Shown here in pieces: positions 39,466 through 53,519 of a DNA stretch of 64,000 bases. Under the pieces are notes generated by a model. It was not told where the DNA came from, ran no database searches, and worked only from the letters and a program-made list of their open reading frames with translations. Source of the stretch: the human T2T-CHM13v2.0 reference genome, Homo sapiens. The position numbers were made by a program, and so were the translations under genes. Numbering within the stretch: position 1 is the first letter of the stretch; each line of letters opens with the position of its first letter. Location: the NCBI RefSeq assembly GCF_009914755.1, contig NC_060936.1. One strand, given 5' to 3'.

Positions 39466-42449
39466 AGTTTGGAAGCACATTTAAGTGAATTGCTGGGAAA
39501 AACTGTGTGTTTGATTTTAGGTCTCATCTGTGAATTCCTGTCTCATCATCAGAATCTCTCCAACATGTTTTCCTTTCCCTCTGTACTTCTGACTCCCTCT
39601 TATCTGCCCATAGTTCAAAAGATTTCTCCTGTCTGATAGATTTATCCTTCTGCATTTGTGCTGTCAAAGAGCTTTGTTTAGACAGAGTCCAGACATACTT
39701 GTGTGTTGCTTATGAATTCTAATTAAGAAGGACAACTCCACATGAGTCAAGGTTATCTTTAAAAAAATAGAACTTTAGTCTAAGATCAGAAAGGAAGAAA
39801 AACATTATAAAATAAACTTGGCAAAAAGAACTCCAAAGTTTAAACCAAACTAAGATGGGAAGCATAGGAAGCATGTTTTTCTTTCACAAAATCAGATTAA
39901 TTCTTATTTGAAGGGTTCTTTGAGCATAAAGAAACTGCCATTGCAGAAATGCAGATTTCTGATGTGGCCACCTTGAGTTTGTTGAAGAAAAACAATTCTG
40001 AAAATTCACTCAGGTCCCTCTGGCTCCCCAGGTTCTTTGCACCCTGATAAAGAAAAAGATTACACATGCGCCACCTTTTGGAAAAAATGGGAATAGCAGC
40101 AAAGAGGTCAGATTCAAAGACCATTAGCTCTATTTCACCCTCAAAGGGAAAAACAAAAAGCCAAATATCATTTATTTTTATTATAATATTTAAAAGTTAT
40201 ATCCCCCAGAGGTTTATTAATCATGTGACATAGAACTATTAGTAAAGTCTGAATCAAAACTTGGATTTTGTTTTTCTCATTTTCAAAATGGTAATAAGTT
40301 GATTTTGCTTTAAAACAGTAAGTCTGAAATAACCACAAAATAGCAAAACACTGTCTCAAATCCTAATGTCACAGTTTTCATTTATCCTTGGTCATGGATA
40401 TAGATCTACGGGGAAAATTAATTGTTTCTATTTATTCTATCCTAGTTACAATAATCCTTAACTTTAAGTATTGTACCTCCCTTTTTCTTAGTACTTAGAG
40501 TAGAAAACCAGAGAAGCAAATCCATTTATTTTACTAGAAAGAAAATTCTTACTTGTTTTATCTAGAACCATGAAAAAGAAGTGGTATCACAAATCTGCTT
40601 AGTTTTTTTGGACTTGAAGCGTAGAGTCGAAGGCTTTTGAGATTCCACAATGCTTGGGAGAAAATGTAAGTAAAATTACTGGTTACTATACGTAAATATC
40701 TTTTACACATGTTAGGCATTAAGGCGTGCCCTCCAAAGTTATAATGACCACTGAGCAAAATATTCTGCAACTAAACAGTAGACAACGCTGACGTATAAAA
40801 TGCTTCCAGGATGGAGAGGGGAGACAGCTGAATTTCATTTTAAACAGTACTGACATATCCACAAATCTGACTTAGAGATAGTTCTCACTAGACTTGCATA
40901 TTGAAGTCACAATCATAAAACAATGCTCTTCATTTATTGTCTTTAAATTCTCATCTCTGTCTGAAGACCCTTTCAAACATAATAGAATAACAAAGCATAG
41001 AGGCAAATCTGAAAAATGACTGATAGCTTCTAAGTTTCTGAGTTCATTCTCCCAACATTATTTTGTTTATACAACTGACATGTATAAGAATTAAAGAGTT
41101 CTTAAAAATATTTAACTTGAGTCGTAATCCAAATCAGATTTTTCATTATTTCCTAAAAAAAGTGTTACAAAAGCTGCTGTGATTTTAAGTATAAAACGAA
41201 CGCCACCCTTGTAAATAGCAGCCATAATGTTTTAAAAAATAATTCTCATTGAATATAAATGTACTGTGTTGACTTTTATATCACTCCTTTTCCCACTCTG
41301 TAAGTTTTAATGAAATTATTTTTCCTTAAAATAAATACATGAAAGATTGATTACTAAAACAGCATTATGTGTTTTATGTTCTGCCAACAGGGAGATGATA
41401 GAGTTGGGTTTAAATTCCTCAGCACGCCCTGCTGTGGTTGTCACTCATAGCTCTCCCTTTCCAAAAACCTCAAAATAGCTTATAATGCCACGTACTATAT
41501 GTGGAGTAATAATTAGGCTTTCCAGGGTACTTTCTGTTGGACAATCCCTTTGGCACACACAAAAGCCATAAAATCCAGCTCTTCACACAAAGTTCTCCAG
41601 TTTTTTTTGAATGCTTTAAAGATCATAACTGTGATATCGCTTGACAACTTGGCATGGTGAAAGCTGACTAATGGGCACTTTTGAGTATGGAGTTTTATGC
41701 TTTTTCTTTTCTTCTTTTGGGGACATCTACCAGGATTTGAGAATCAAATTGATAGGATAAACCTACAATGTACAGTCCTTGAACCCTGAAAATTAATTAA
41801 AGGCAGACATGTTAAAGGTTTTAAGTTAAAACTGATTTTTGCAAAAGGAATTTGGGTCTTCAAATGAAAAGAAAACATAAAGACCTTCCAAAGAAACTTA
41901 ACATTTTAAATGAGCTTCCAGAAGCCTGGAGCTCATTCCATAATAATATATTACTTTTCTAATTAGAATCCCTAATTATCTAGTGTATTCCTATGGATGC
42001 ATAGAACTTTGTAATTTGGCCACTCGCCCACTCCATTTGGGGTTGCTCTTGTGAATTTAAATTGCACCCCGGTCACCACCAGATGCACCTACGACATGTG
42101 TCTTCAGAGTCTACCACACTATCAGTATAAAGTAGAGGAATTATCAGAAATGACTAGAGAAAAGAAAGGAGATTTAAATATTTATAGAGTAAAATCAGGT
42201 TGGCTTAAACCCAGGTTTTTCCAGTCAAGAAAAGGGGATAGATCTTTTTTCCTTTAGAAACATACAAACACACACAATAAAGCATTTTTATTCCCATAAG
42301 CAACTCTAAGACAAGGTCCTTCAGGACTGCCAGTTTATAATGGTGCCCTGCAGAAAATAAGAAAAAAGCTACTCATAATTATTTGTTAAACTCACTTTAT
42401 CTAACCTGTAACTTCCGCTAATTCCTTGTTTATTTTGATTTATGTTTAA

Positions 42450-42758
<309 letters not shown>

Positions 42759-43019
42759 TGATATATGTTTAATTAAAATTAACACAGGGCATGATAAAAA
42801 AACAAAATAAGCATAAATTACTTATTTAACCTATGTACCCATAATGTTCCCAGTTGTTTTCAGCTCAGTTTAAAAATTGGCCTAATTTGTAGCTAATTTT
42901 TATGTACTGGCCTGCATATGTTTAAATAGTGGAATAAGCAAACATCTAAACGTGACATTTAAAATCTATTTTGAAATTCCTTGTTCTGCTTTTTAGAAAA
43001 TGACTGGATATATGTACAA

Positions 43020-43095
43020 GTGTATATATATACACATATATACATATATACATATATATGACTGCATGTGTGCATGATGTATGTGTATATGTGCA
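43020..43095. repeat. (TA/CA/TG)n low-complexity microsatellite
   Basis: TATATATATACACATATATACATATATACATATATATG... Confidence 0.85.
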
Positions 43096-43673
43096 TAATT
43101 TAGGGTTCTCGTATTTTTCACACTGTGGGCAGGAAGGGTAGGATTTAGACAATCTTGTGGCTGTTACCAGGAAATGTAGCCCTTTTTGATCTTAGTAAAA
43201 CATTTTACAAATAAATGCATAAAATTAAAAATTATATTATCAAAGGGGAAAATATTAAAATACACAGGTTACTTGTCTTCACATAATTTTACAAAATAGA
43301 AAAAATATTTTAATTCTTAAAATTATATAATAAAAAAAACCAGTATAAAATAAGAGAGTTTGAGATTTGAATCTTATTTCTAACATCTTGTGTAATATTC
43401 AATATCCAAGAACCTGTGATCTTGGGAAGTTGTAGAGCCCCTGAAGCCCCAGTTTTCTAGTCAGAAACCTTATCGTTACTTTTCAATAAACACACATTCC
43501 TTCCTTCCAAAGCTTTGCAAAAAGGCACTTCCTCTAGTAGGTCCTTAGCCATAAACTCCACCCAGCTTAATTAATTATATTTTTCCTAACATACAGTAAA
43601 TAAATTTAAAGTTCTCAAAAGAGCAAGTCACTTCTAAGATTCTATACAACCAAGGTATTTTATGATAGCAGCT

Positions 43674-43745
43674 TTCATTCATCCATTCACTCATTCATTC
43701 ATTCATTCATCATTCAGTTATTTATTCAACAAATGTTCATTAAAG
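43674..43745 (-). repeat. (TTCA)n repeat, probably an L2 3' tail
   Basis: TTCATTCATCCATTCACTCATTCATTC...ATTCAACAAATGTTCATT. Confidence 0.75.
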
Positions 43746-44397
43746 CTTGCGTGTGTGTGAATGAGTGTTGGATTTCTCCGCAAAGGCTGGAGCAAAGTAG
43801 AGGATGCCAGCAAGCATACTTGTCCTACTATCTCAATATCTTGTCCAGTTTTCTCTATTCATTTCACAGGACTGCATATGCACTAGGTAGTCAGAGGTGA
43901 AGAGGATGATACCCCTATAGCTGTGGGGTGTTTCACTGTTTTATAAGGGACTGAACTCATTTGAAATTGGCAGCTGAAGGAAGTCATTATTCTCAACTCA
44001 GAAAAGCCCAGAAACAAGTCCAGGCTGGTAATAAACAAAGCTATCTTCAATGTTCATGCCTCAGAAGTAGATTTTCTCAAAAGACACTGTATCTAATGTT
44101 GTATTTGTAGTTTTTTATTTTACTTCATAAAGAGAGCCTCAATATTTATAGCTTCAAGCCATATAAACTGAATTTGCCCCTACCTGTGCTACTTCTTTTT
44201 ATTTTGTTTTGTTCATTGCACTATATTTTGAGGCCATTACTTTTAGGAACAGTCTTCAAAGTGTACAAACCAGTGGTTCTCAACTATCCTGTTCATAATA
44301 GTTGTATGGAGGGATTCTATTAAATGTGAACCCCAAGTTTCCACACTAAGGAGCTTCTGTTTCAGTAGTCTAGTTTCTAGCTTTCAGAATGAATACG

Positions 44398-44422
44398 TGT
44401 GTGTGTGTGTGTGTGTGTGTGT
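44398..44422. repeat. (GT)n microsatellite, about 12 units
   Basis: Uninterrupted GT run. Confidence 0.95.
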
Positions 44423-45252
44423 TTGTTTTATTCCTGTCTTTAGATCATACACTGAATATCAAATACAAAACAAATTTTTTAAAATTTAAGAGAGCTTTAG
44501 AATCTATCTGCTATTGTTGTTCTTCATTTTAAGATAAGCTGAAGTTTTTTTTTCTGTTATGTTGGGTGGCTCTCTATTCTGAAATGATGGCAGCTGCAGG
44601 GGGTTCGGGATAGGGTAGAAGGCTCAGTTTGGTTAAGCACTTTCTTTCAAAGTGGTTCTGTAAGCAGATATTTGGAAGTATTAATCTTACTCCTTATTGA
44701 CCTTGCCATTGATATGGCTGGTCATTTAGAATAGTGGATATTAAACTTCAGTTCCAATCCTAAGAGACTACAATAAAAAATGTTGAAGTCATATAGATTG
44801 GGCCCAAAATAAAATATAAACAGTCCCCACATCTCCGTGTTGTAGACTTTGATATACAGCACTTTTAATTATATTGCCAACTCACTCTATTTCTTTTTAA
44901 CCTCTGTTCCTTCCAGAGGACCCCTAATTCCTGCCAACCACCTGACTCTACCTCATTCCAACAGTTCCCAGACACCTGTCTCTCCCCTCCTCCATTCCAT
45001 CTGCCGTAAAGCAGGCTCTGCAAAACAGTCATTAAAATCTTTAGAGATGCCATCTGCTGACTAGTATTGTCTATGAATCATTTGAGGTTATAAATATTAC
45101 ATTTGCATTGTGTGGCCTGGGACCTCTGAAAAACTGACTCAACTAATTTAACATCATAATTATCATCATGGCCTAGAGGACTACAATATCCAAATAGTAT
45201 TTCACTGGTAAGAGCGATGGCTTTTTAAAAGAGTGAAATAGACTCTTTCCTT

Positions 45253-45306
45253 ATCATCCAATGAAACCTATCATCCAATGAAACCCATCATCCAATGAAA
45301 CCCATC
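45253..45306. repeat. 17-bp tandem repeat, about 3.2 copies
   Basis: ATCATCCAATGAAACC(T/C) x3. Confidence 0.95.
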
Positions 45307-45993
45307 CCTGGATCAAAGATTCTGGAAGATACTACTGTCTTTAAGTTTTACTTAAACCAATTAAGAGCTAAAATGTAGCCAAGATTCAAAATAAATTATT
45401 TAGTGACATTGAAGATAGTTGAGTAGGAATATGGATAGATGAGTAATAGAAAATGCATAGTACATTGTAGGTTTAGTAGAAAGTGATTAAAGATAATCAT
45501 TATATCATCTAGAAATTAAAGAAGCAAAAATAAACATTTTTGTCCATTCTTTTACTAAATAACAAAGATTTGTTTAGTCCCTCCATTTAGTACTATTATT
45601 TTTCTAATAATTATAAATTTAGAGTACATTTGATATAAATATTTAATTCTCAATATTAAATCATATTATCAAAAATACATATCAAAATTATTTACATAAT
45701 TATATGAAGTTCTAAACTGCTTAAATGATTTAAAGGGTATGTATTTTGTATATATCTAATCATTTTCTTTCTTCTAAAATTATATATGAGTATGTAATTT
45801 TTTCAAAGAAGTTATTTTATAAAGTAAATCATAATAAGGTAATATAAATGCTTCCAAAATTAAAATACATGTTCCATATCACTTTCAACAACACAGTAGT
45901 ATCTGTAATTAAATCCTGTAACTTGATAGAATAACCCTGCACCACCACCTGCTGTTGGAAACAAAAAATTTAATTTCATATATTCAACTTATA

Positions 45994-46046
45994 GCTATGT
46001 ATAAGCTTAGTGCTAGGTATAAATCTTGGCGCTAGGTATAAATCTT
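45994..46046. repeat. 18-19-bp tandem repeat, 3 copies
   Basis: GCTATGTATAAGCTTAGT / GCTAGGTATAAATCTTGGC / GCTAGGTATAAATCTT. Confidence 0.85.
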
Positions 46047-46369
46047 CATGGGGATAAAGTAACATTATCATTATTATGGCTTTTATGGATTTTAAGGCTT
46101 CTTCATAATTTCTTGAGCATGTGTGTAGATTTTTAAGTATACTGATTCTACAAAGGAGGAAAGCAAGAAGTGGAACAAAACAAGTAAAGCCAAATAAAAT
46201 AAATAAACACTTGCAATTTGAGTACTCTGCTGCACTTTGGGAAGAAGAGAACTTCATTTTTCTGCCACAGAATCTCTACAGTTTTTATTCTTAATAATTT
46301 CATATACTATCATGATTATTCCTGTGTATATTTATCACTGTTAACAGATATATTATCAATGTTTAATGC

Positions 46370-46600
46370 AAACGGAAAAAATGGCCTTTTCCATTAGGAC
46401 AAACCTGTATTTGAATGCCAGCCCTTCTACTTGTTAGCTTCGAGCTCAGTCCAATTATTTAGCTTCTCTGAACACCAGGCAAAAGACTTTTTAAAAATTG
46501 AGATATACACATGGATCTTATAGGGTTTTATGAGATTTTTAAATATTATATGTAAAGTACCTGGGATACACATTAAGCACTGAATAAATGGCATCTCTGA
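46370..46600 (+). mobile_element. MIR
   Basis: TTTGAATGCCAGCCCTTCTACTTGTTAGCT...ATGTAAAGTACCTGG...TAAGCACTGAATAAATG. Confidence 0.7.
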
Positions 46601-47139
46601 TTATGTTATTTTTATTCCATAATCTTTGTATGTGTCACTAAAATCTCAAATCTGGGAAGTTCAAATCTGATCAGACCATGGACAGATGTTAGAGAGATCA
46701 TAAGAAGACATAAGAAATCTTATAGTTGAAATAAATATAAAGAGTGAGACTTGAGTCAGACACTCAACCAAACTTGATAAAAATACCAAATCTATAGTAA
46801 GTAAGCCTTACAGTTTCAGTCAACAATCCAACTGGGGATCATCTTGACAAGGAGGTTAGGGGAGGAGCACAGACAGTCCAAACATATGTTCATGAACATA
46901 TGCAGATTCATCTGATGAAGGTCACCTTAGAAAGCTTGAGTCTCCCTCATAGACAAGCCTCTAACAGATTTTAAAGAATGGACTTTTATGTTTTCTGATA
47001 TAAATTACTCATTAACTCTATAGAAAGCAGTAGTAGGCACATGTAATGATACATAAATAAAGTAGTGAACAGGAACATCACTAAGGGAGTCTTTTATGAA
47101 AATCTAATTAAGTCAGAGAAATGAAATAAGACTATACAT

Positions 47140-48235
47140 TTAGTACATATGAAATGAAGCAAAGGATAAATAAAAAAGAAAATAGATGGATGGACAGATA
47201 GATGAATGCAGAGACCTCAGAAAAGAAGTTTAGCAGGGTAGAAAGTAAAACTCTTCTTTACAATAAAATTCCAACTAACAAAGGTAGAACGAACGATAGA
47301 AATAGAAAAATCACTATTTGGAAACCATGCTAGTAATAATTATTTCAGGCAAGACTCATCAAAGAATTATTGCATAAAAGTATAGTGAGAAACAGGATGA
47401 TTATATAATCTCAAAGTAGCTCACAACAAGATAGTTATTCATTACAAAGACAAAAATGGTAACTTTACATTAAAGAAAATTGGCTGACACCACCTTTACC
47501 AAATGGACAGTTAAATTACTGTTTCACTAAAGACAACATGCTGCACTGAGAAAAACACATCACTCCTGTTGTACTCCTGCCAAAAATACATGGCTTAAAT
47601 CTAATAAGGAAACATCAGACAGACCCAAACTGAGGAACATTGTTCAAAATAACTGGTCTGTATTCTTTAAAAAAAAAGTAACTGTCATGAATGGCAAAGA
47701 AAAACTGACTGTTCTAGAGTAAAGGAAAATAAAAAGATATGAGAACTACAGGCAACATGGGATCCTGGATTGGTTTAGAATATTAGTGGTATAAATGGCT
47801 GAATTTGAATATGGCTTCTAAGTTAGACTGTAATGTTATTAATGTTAGTTTCTTGATTTTGTTTATTGTAATGTGGCTAAGTGACATAAACTGTACACTA
47901 ATGTATTTAGATGTAAAGAGTATCATGTTTGTAACTTACTCTCAAGTGTTTCAGGAAAAAAATATATAACTACAGTTATATTTGCATCTATACTTATATC
48001 TACATTTGTAATCATACCTATGGAAAGGCCAGGGTTGGAAGAGAGAAATAGGGAGGAAAAGAGGAGAGGGAGAAGAAGGGAGGAAGAGTGAGAATTATAA
48101 AGCAAGCAAGAGAGGTAAAGGTTAACATTTGGAGAATCTGGGTTAGGGTATAGTATATAGGAATGCTTTGCTCTAATCTTGCAACATTTTTGTACACCTG
48201 AAATTACTTCAAAATTAAAAGTAGAAAATGATAAA
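47140..48235 (+). mobile_element. L1MC4-like 3' end
   Basis: GTAATAATTATTTCAGGCAAGACTCATC, GGAAACATCAGACAGACCCAAACTGAGG, GATCCTGGATTGG and CTTGCAACATTTTTGTA..CTGAAATTA. Confidence 0.75.
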
Positions 48236-48391
48236 GAAAGTGGAGAAGAAGGGTAAAGGACAAGGAGGAGGAGGAGAAGGAGGAAAAGCTTACTTTCAAA
48301 AAGATCTTATACCAAAATCATCTCATTTCTAGATGCTCCATAACATTAATAATATAAGTACATACTTACTGAATGAGAATAATTTGTATGG

Positions 48392-48732
48392 TGTATTAGC
48401 CCACGTTCATGGCACTGATAAAGACATATCAGAGACTGGGCAATTTACAAAAGAAATAGGTTTACTGCACTTACAGTTCCACGTGGCTGGGGAGGCCTCG
48501 CAATCATGGCAGAAGGTGGAAGGTACGTTTCACATGGTGGCAGACAAGAGAAGAGAGCTTGTGCAGGGAAATTCCCCTTTTTAAAACCATTAGATCTCAT
48601 GAAACTTAACCATCACCAGAACAGCATGGGAAAGACTAGCCCCCATGATTCAGTCACCCCTCACTTGGTCCCTTCCACAACACGTGGGAATTCAAGATGA
48701 GATTTGGGTGGGCACACAGCCAAATCACATCA
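48392..48732 (-). mobile_element. THE1 solo LTR (THE1A-like)
   Basis: TGTATTAG...ATCA ends; GAGACTGGGCAATTTACAAAAGAAA; 5-bp TSD TATGG/TGTGG. Confidence 0.92.
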
Positions 48733-49754
48733 TGTGGGAAAGAGAAAAAAAGATCTAGGAGCGGGAGTTTGGGATGAACTACACGTCTAATTGTACACAT
48801 TTCCTGTGCTATAACTTCTATGAAGAAAAGAAACAAGCTAATTTTTGTTCACTACTGTTTATGCTGTTCCAATATAATGCCTGGCACACAGAAAATGCTT
48901 AACAAATATGTATTTATGGAACCATGTAAGATATCTACTTTATAATTGTTTTAACTCTTATTCTCCTCTTTTGCAATTGTCTTAAAATCTGCCCACTAAA
49001 CATCTAGATTTCATAAATACATAACTATTCAATCTGTGTAACATTTTTAGGAGAGAACAACTAAATTGTATAAGGCAGAGAGAGCTTATATCTGAGTATT
49101 ACATAGCAATGAAACATGGGCATCTCTTCACTCTCCAATCCTGACAGGATTTGTGGTTAACTTACATTCTTTTTCCCCTACTGAACAATTATAAATTTCC
49201 TTGAGTATTAATTAGTAGCCTTAGCCAGATGTTAAAGTGTGGCTGATAAAATGTAGCATCATATTTCAAACCAAAATCCAAAGTCTAAGCAACATCTAAT
49301 TTTTTTGGAATGTGGATTGTGAAACTTGAAACTACCAGAGTATTGGATGTGCTAGAGAAGTGTGAAAGGGTCACAACTGAACCAGACACATCAACCAGCC
49401 TAAAGGGCAACAGATGGCAAGGAATGTCTCAGAGTTGCCTAGCTTATTTTATCCCTATTCTTGGTAACATCTCCATTTTCTCTTATATTAGACGGTGTAC
49501 TACATAGGTCCAGCCTCAGAATGCCTGCAAACCAACAGCTCCCTTCAGCCTAAGACAATTACTTAATAGAAGTTTTTAAGCTGACAACAGATGGATACAT
49601 CACCATACTCTACCCACAGCTGATAAATTCATCAGTGAGCCCTTGACCTGGTGCCAACCAATTCTTACAACCAGTGACACCTATGAGGTGGCCTGGAACA
49701 GAAGGTCCAGGTACATAGATAATGGTGCTTATGGTGGAGTTTTCTGTTTTGCTT

Positions 49755-52125
49755 TGTTTTAAAATAGAATTATTGAAACATGCTCAACATAAATTTTGCA
49801 CATTTTAATGTGTACAATTTGATTTATGATATATAAACATATATGTATATCAACATATTTATACCCATGAAACCATCACAATGAAGATATTGTGCAGCAA
49901 ACCACCATGGCACACATTTACCTATGTGACAAACCTGTACATCCTACACATATACCCCTGAACTTAAAATGAAAGTTGAAGAAAATAAATGTTGAATAAA
50001 TCTATCACCTCCAGACGTTTCCTTGTGCCTTTGCAATCCCTCTCTTACTCCTGTCCACCTTCCTCCCATAGAAGGCAATCGTTGATCTGCTTTTTACCAA
50101 TCTTTGTTAATTTTCATTTCTTAGTATTTTGTAGAGATAGAAGAACCATACATTGTGTCCTATTTTCAATGGCTTCTTTCACTCAGCATAATTGTTTCAC
50201 TAACAGTTACATATATGGTGTAGCATAAATTTCTTTTTATTGTTGACTAGTATTCTAGTTTACAAATATACAATGGTTTGTTTATCTATTTATCTGCTCG
50301 TGGACATTTGGACTGTTTCCAGTTTTTAGCTATTATATCACAAATAGAAATGATATGAACATTCATGTAAAAGTTTTCATAGGAACAATGCTTTAGTTAA
50401 CTAAAAATCTAGGAATGGAATAGGTAAGTTTATGTCTAACTGTTTAAGAAACTGCCAAGCTATTTTCTAAAGTGGTTATACCATTTTACATTCATAACGG
50501 AGTGAACGGCAATTCTAGATCTTCAATAACCTAGCCAGCACTTAGTGTATAATGTTATCTCATTGTGATTTTAATTTGTATTTCCCAAATAACCAATGAT
50601 ATTGAGTGTCTTTTAACATGTTTATTTAATACCAGTATATGTTCTTTGGTGAAGAATCTATTCAAATCTTTTGCCTATTTTTACATAGGTTGTTTATTTT
50701 CTTTATTGTTGAGTTTTACAAGTTCTTTATATATTCTGAAGACACATCCATTGCCATATATATGCTTTGCAAATGTTTTTTCCTATACTGTACCTTGCCT
50801 TTTTATTCCCTTAACAGTGTCTTATGAAAAGCAGAATTTTTAATTTTGGTGAATTCTGACTTTATTATAGGCCATGCTCTTGATGTTGTATCTAGTAAAT
50901 CCTAGCCCAGAGAATCCTGTGTTCTCTTCTAGAAATTGTATAGTATTAAATTTCATATTTAGGTCTAATATCCATTTTGTGTTATGTTCAAATAATGAAT
51001 TGACATTGATTTTATGTTATGATGACATTTTCATGTGTTTTGCTTTGTTTTATCTTCTGCATATTATTTGATTATTCCAACATCATCTAATGAGAATATG
51101 ATTCTTTCTCCTTTGACCTGCTTTTACACCTTTTAAAAAATATCACTGTCCATATACGTGTAGCTCTATTTTTGGAATCTCTGTTTTATTCCATTGATCT
51201 ATTTCTAATATTTGTACAAATACAACATTGCCTTGATTAAAATCACATTATAAGAAGTCTTGATATTAGATAGTGTTAGTCCTCCCACTTGGTTCTTCTA
51301 TTTCAAAGATGTTTTGGCTTCTCTAGATTACTGCATTTCCCTGTGAATTTTAGAAATTTTTTTTTCATTTTCTGCCAAATCAAAACAAAACAAAAACTAG
51401 TACTAAAGACCCATGGGTATAGTATGGGTCTCAGTATACTTAGACCTTCAGTAATTTCTGTCTGCAATTTTAGGCAGTTTTCAGTGCACAGATTTTTTTG
51501 GTGTTTTATCAGATTTTTCCTTAATAACTTCATATTTTTGCTGTTAATACATATGGTACAATTTTTTATTTTTAATTTTTGATTGTTGGTTGCTAACATA
51601 TAGAAATATAACTGATTTTTATATAATCTATAAGTTTGTCAAACTCATAGGTTCTAATATCATTTTATATATTTCATTACATTTTTTATAAAATGTTTGA
51701 ATAAAGTTTTACTTATTTCTTAGTGACATGAGTGCCTTTAGTTTTAATTTCTTTTTCTTTATCTTATTGCACTGGCTAGGGCCTCTGTTTTAATGTTAAA
51801 CAAAATTGATAAGACCAGACACCTTTGTATTTTTCCTAATCTTGGGAGAAAGCGTTAAGTCTTTCACTATTAAACAAGATATTAGTTGTATATTTTTTTA
51901 TATCTGAACTTTATCAGGTTGAGAAAGTTACCTGCCATTTCTACTTTGTTGACATATTGTCAGGAATGAATGTTGGATTTTTTTCAAATGCTTTATCTCA
52001 TTAATAATAGTGTTGATTTGGTTTGTTCCTTTCAGTTTATAATATGGTGATTTTATCTGATACATTTTTGAATGTTAAAACAACCTTACATCCAGGATAA
52101 TTACTACCTGGTCATGATGTATTAG
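49755..52125 (-). mobile_element. Old L1 (L1MB/MC-class) 3' UTR and ORF2 remnant
   Basis: GGACATTTGGACTGTTTCCAGTTTTTAGCTATT, AAGAAACTGCCAA and CTTTATCAGGTTGAGAAAGTT. Confidence 0.8.
49892..49990 (+). mobile_element. About 100-bp L1PA (PA10-12-like) 3' terminus inserted in the older L1
   Basis: GTGCAGCAAACCACCATGGCACACATTTACCTATGTGACAAACCTG...CCCCTGAACTTAAAA. Confidence 0.85.
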
Positions 52126-52303
52126 TGGAATTATACAGATATCAAAACCAGACAAAAATGTTAACATAAAAGAACATTACATACCAATATTTTTCATGAA
52201 TAAATATGCAAAAATAGATAGATATGCTACCCAAATTTTAGCAAGTCAAATCCAGTAATATATGATGACTATGTGTGGTTTAACCCAGGAAGGTAAGGTT
52301 CAA
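52126..52303 (+). mobile_element. L1 ORF2 fragment in opposite orientation to the adjacent L1
   Basis: GATATCAAAACCAGACAAA...CCAATATTTTTCATGAATAAATATGCAAAAAT. Confidence 0.7.
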
Positions 52304-52660
52304 GAGCAATGGGAAGAGGAATAGAGAGGACTTGAGTAAGAACATGGAGTAAAATGAATTTGTGATGACTTTGATGTTGAATTACCCTCCAGTTCTGCAT
52401 TCGTGCTATCATAAAACTCAAGTATTCCTTATTTTCTTATTTCAGTAAAATTTCTTTCTCCTGATTTTATATGTATCCTTAGCACAAAACCTCCATTAAT
52501 TGAGAAATAAAGGTGGGTCTCTGCTCCTTGAAGCCAAAAACTCTTAACTAACAAAACATCCTTGATTATCTTTGTTTGTGATTAGGGTGTGCTTAGATTA
52601 AGATGTTTTAATATTCTCCATAATGTAATAGAGTTTATGGATCTTCTTTATGTTAACACT

Positions 52661-52798
52661 CAGCAGGCCCTCACCGAACAACTGACCTGACAGCTTCCTT
52701 GACTCTTCCCAGCCTCCAGAACTGTGATAGATAAATGTTTGTTGTTTAAGTCATCTAGCCTACGGCAAGTTGTTGTAACAGCCTGAACCAATTAACAC
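52661..52798 (+). mobile_element. MaLR (MLT1/MST) LTR 3' fragment
   Basis: CTTCCCAGCCTCCAGAACTGTGA.AGATAAATGTTTGTTGTTTAAG. Confidence 0.8.
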
Positions 52799-53519
52799 AT
52801 AAGGCTTATAAATGGTGATTTTGTGAGGAAAGATTTAGTTCCTCTAAAATTTTGTGAAAGCTTTTTACCATAAGTTGCACTTTAGGACATAAACCCTATT
52901 CCCTTTATGTAAATACATAAAAAGAAGTCAATAAAGCCTCTAGGATTTACACCTCAAACTACTCCCTCTCTATCTTCATTCTGCCAGGTGGATGTCTCCA
53001 GGGAGGCCATACCTAATGAGGAGCTCCCAACAAATGGCAACTGATGTTACCTACAACCGAATACGTCAAGAAGGTTAGAAAAACCAATACAAAGTTAGTC
53101 TGTCAGAACCTGTGTCAGGCAGAGGGCTCCCATGCCACATAGTTGCTTTAAGATGTTAATTGATTATAAAGCACAGTAGGCTCCCAAACAACAATTATAC
53201 TCCAAAATGAAGTGGAAATCTTAATGAAGACATCGAGACACATCATAAGGACTTAAGTAGAATATTTAAAAAGAAAAATTTATCAGAATTCTCTAAAGCA
53301 GATTTTTTGATTACACAATGAGAATGAACTATATAATAAGGAGAGAAATATTATCTTTTGAAGAAAAACATCTTCAAAAAATAAAAAAAGTTTTAAACCT
53401 AGGTCAAACATCCTTCAAAACCACCCTATTCCATTTATTCTAATAACATACTCAGTAAGTATCACTGTAGTATTTGAGATACACTGAGAAGATTTCACTG
53501 GATAATAGATATAATTGTT

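Noticed and set aside
45253-45306. Direct repeats as a CRISPR-like array
   Set aside because: Head-to-tail repeats with no spacers, in a primate context
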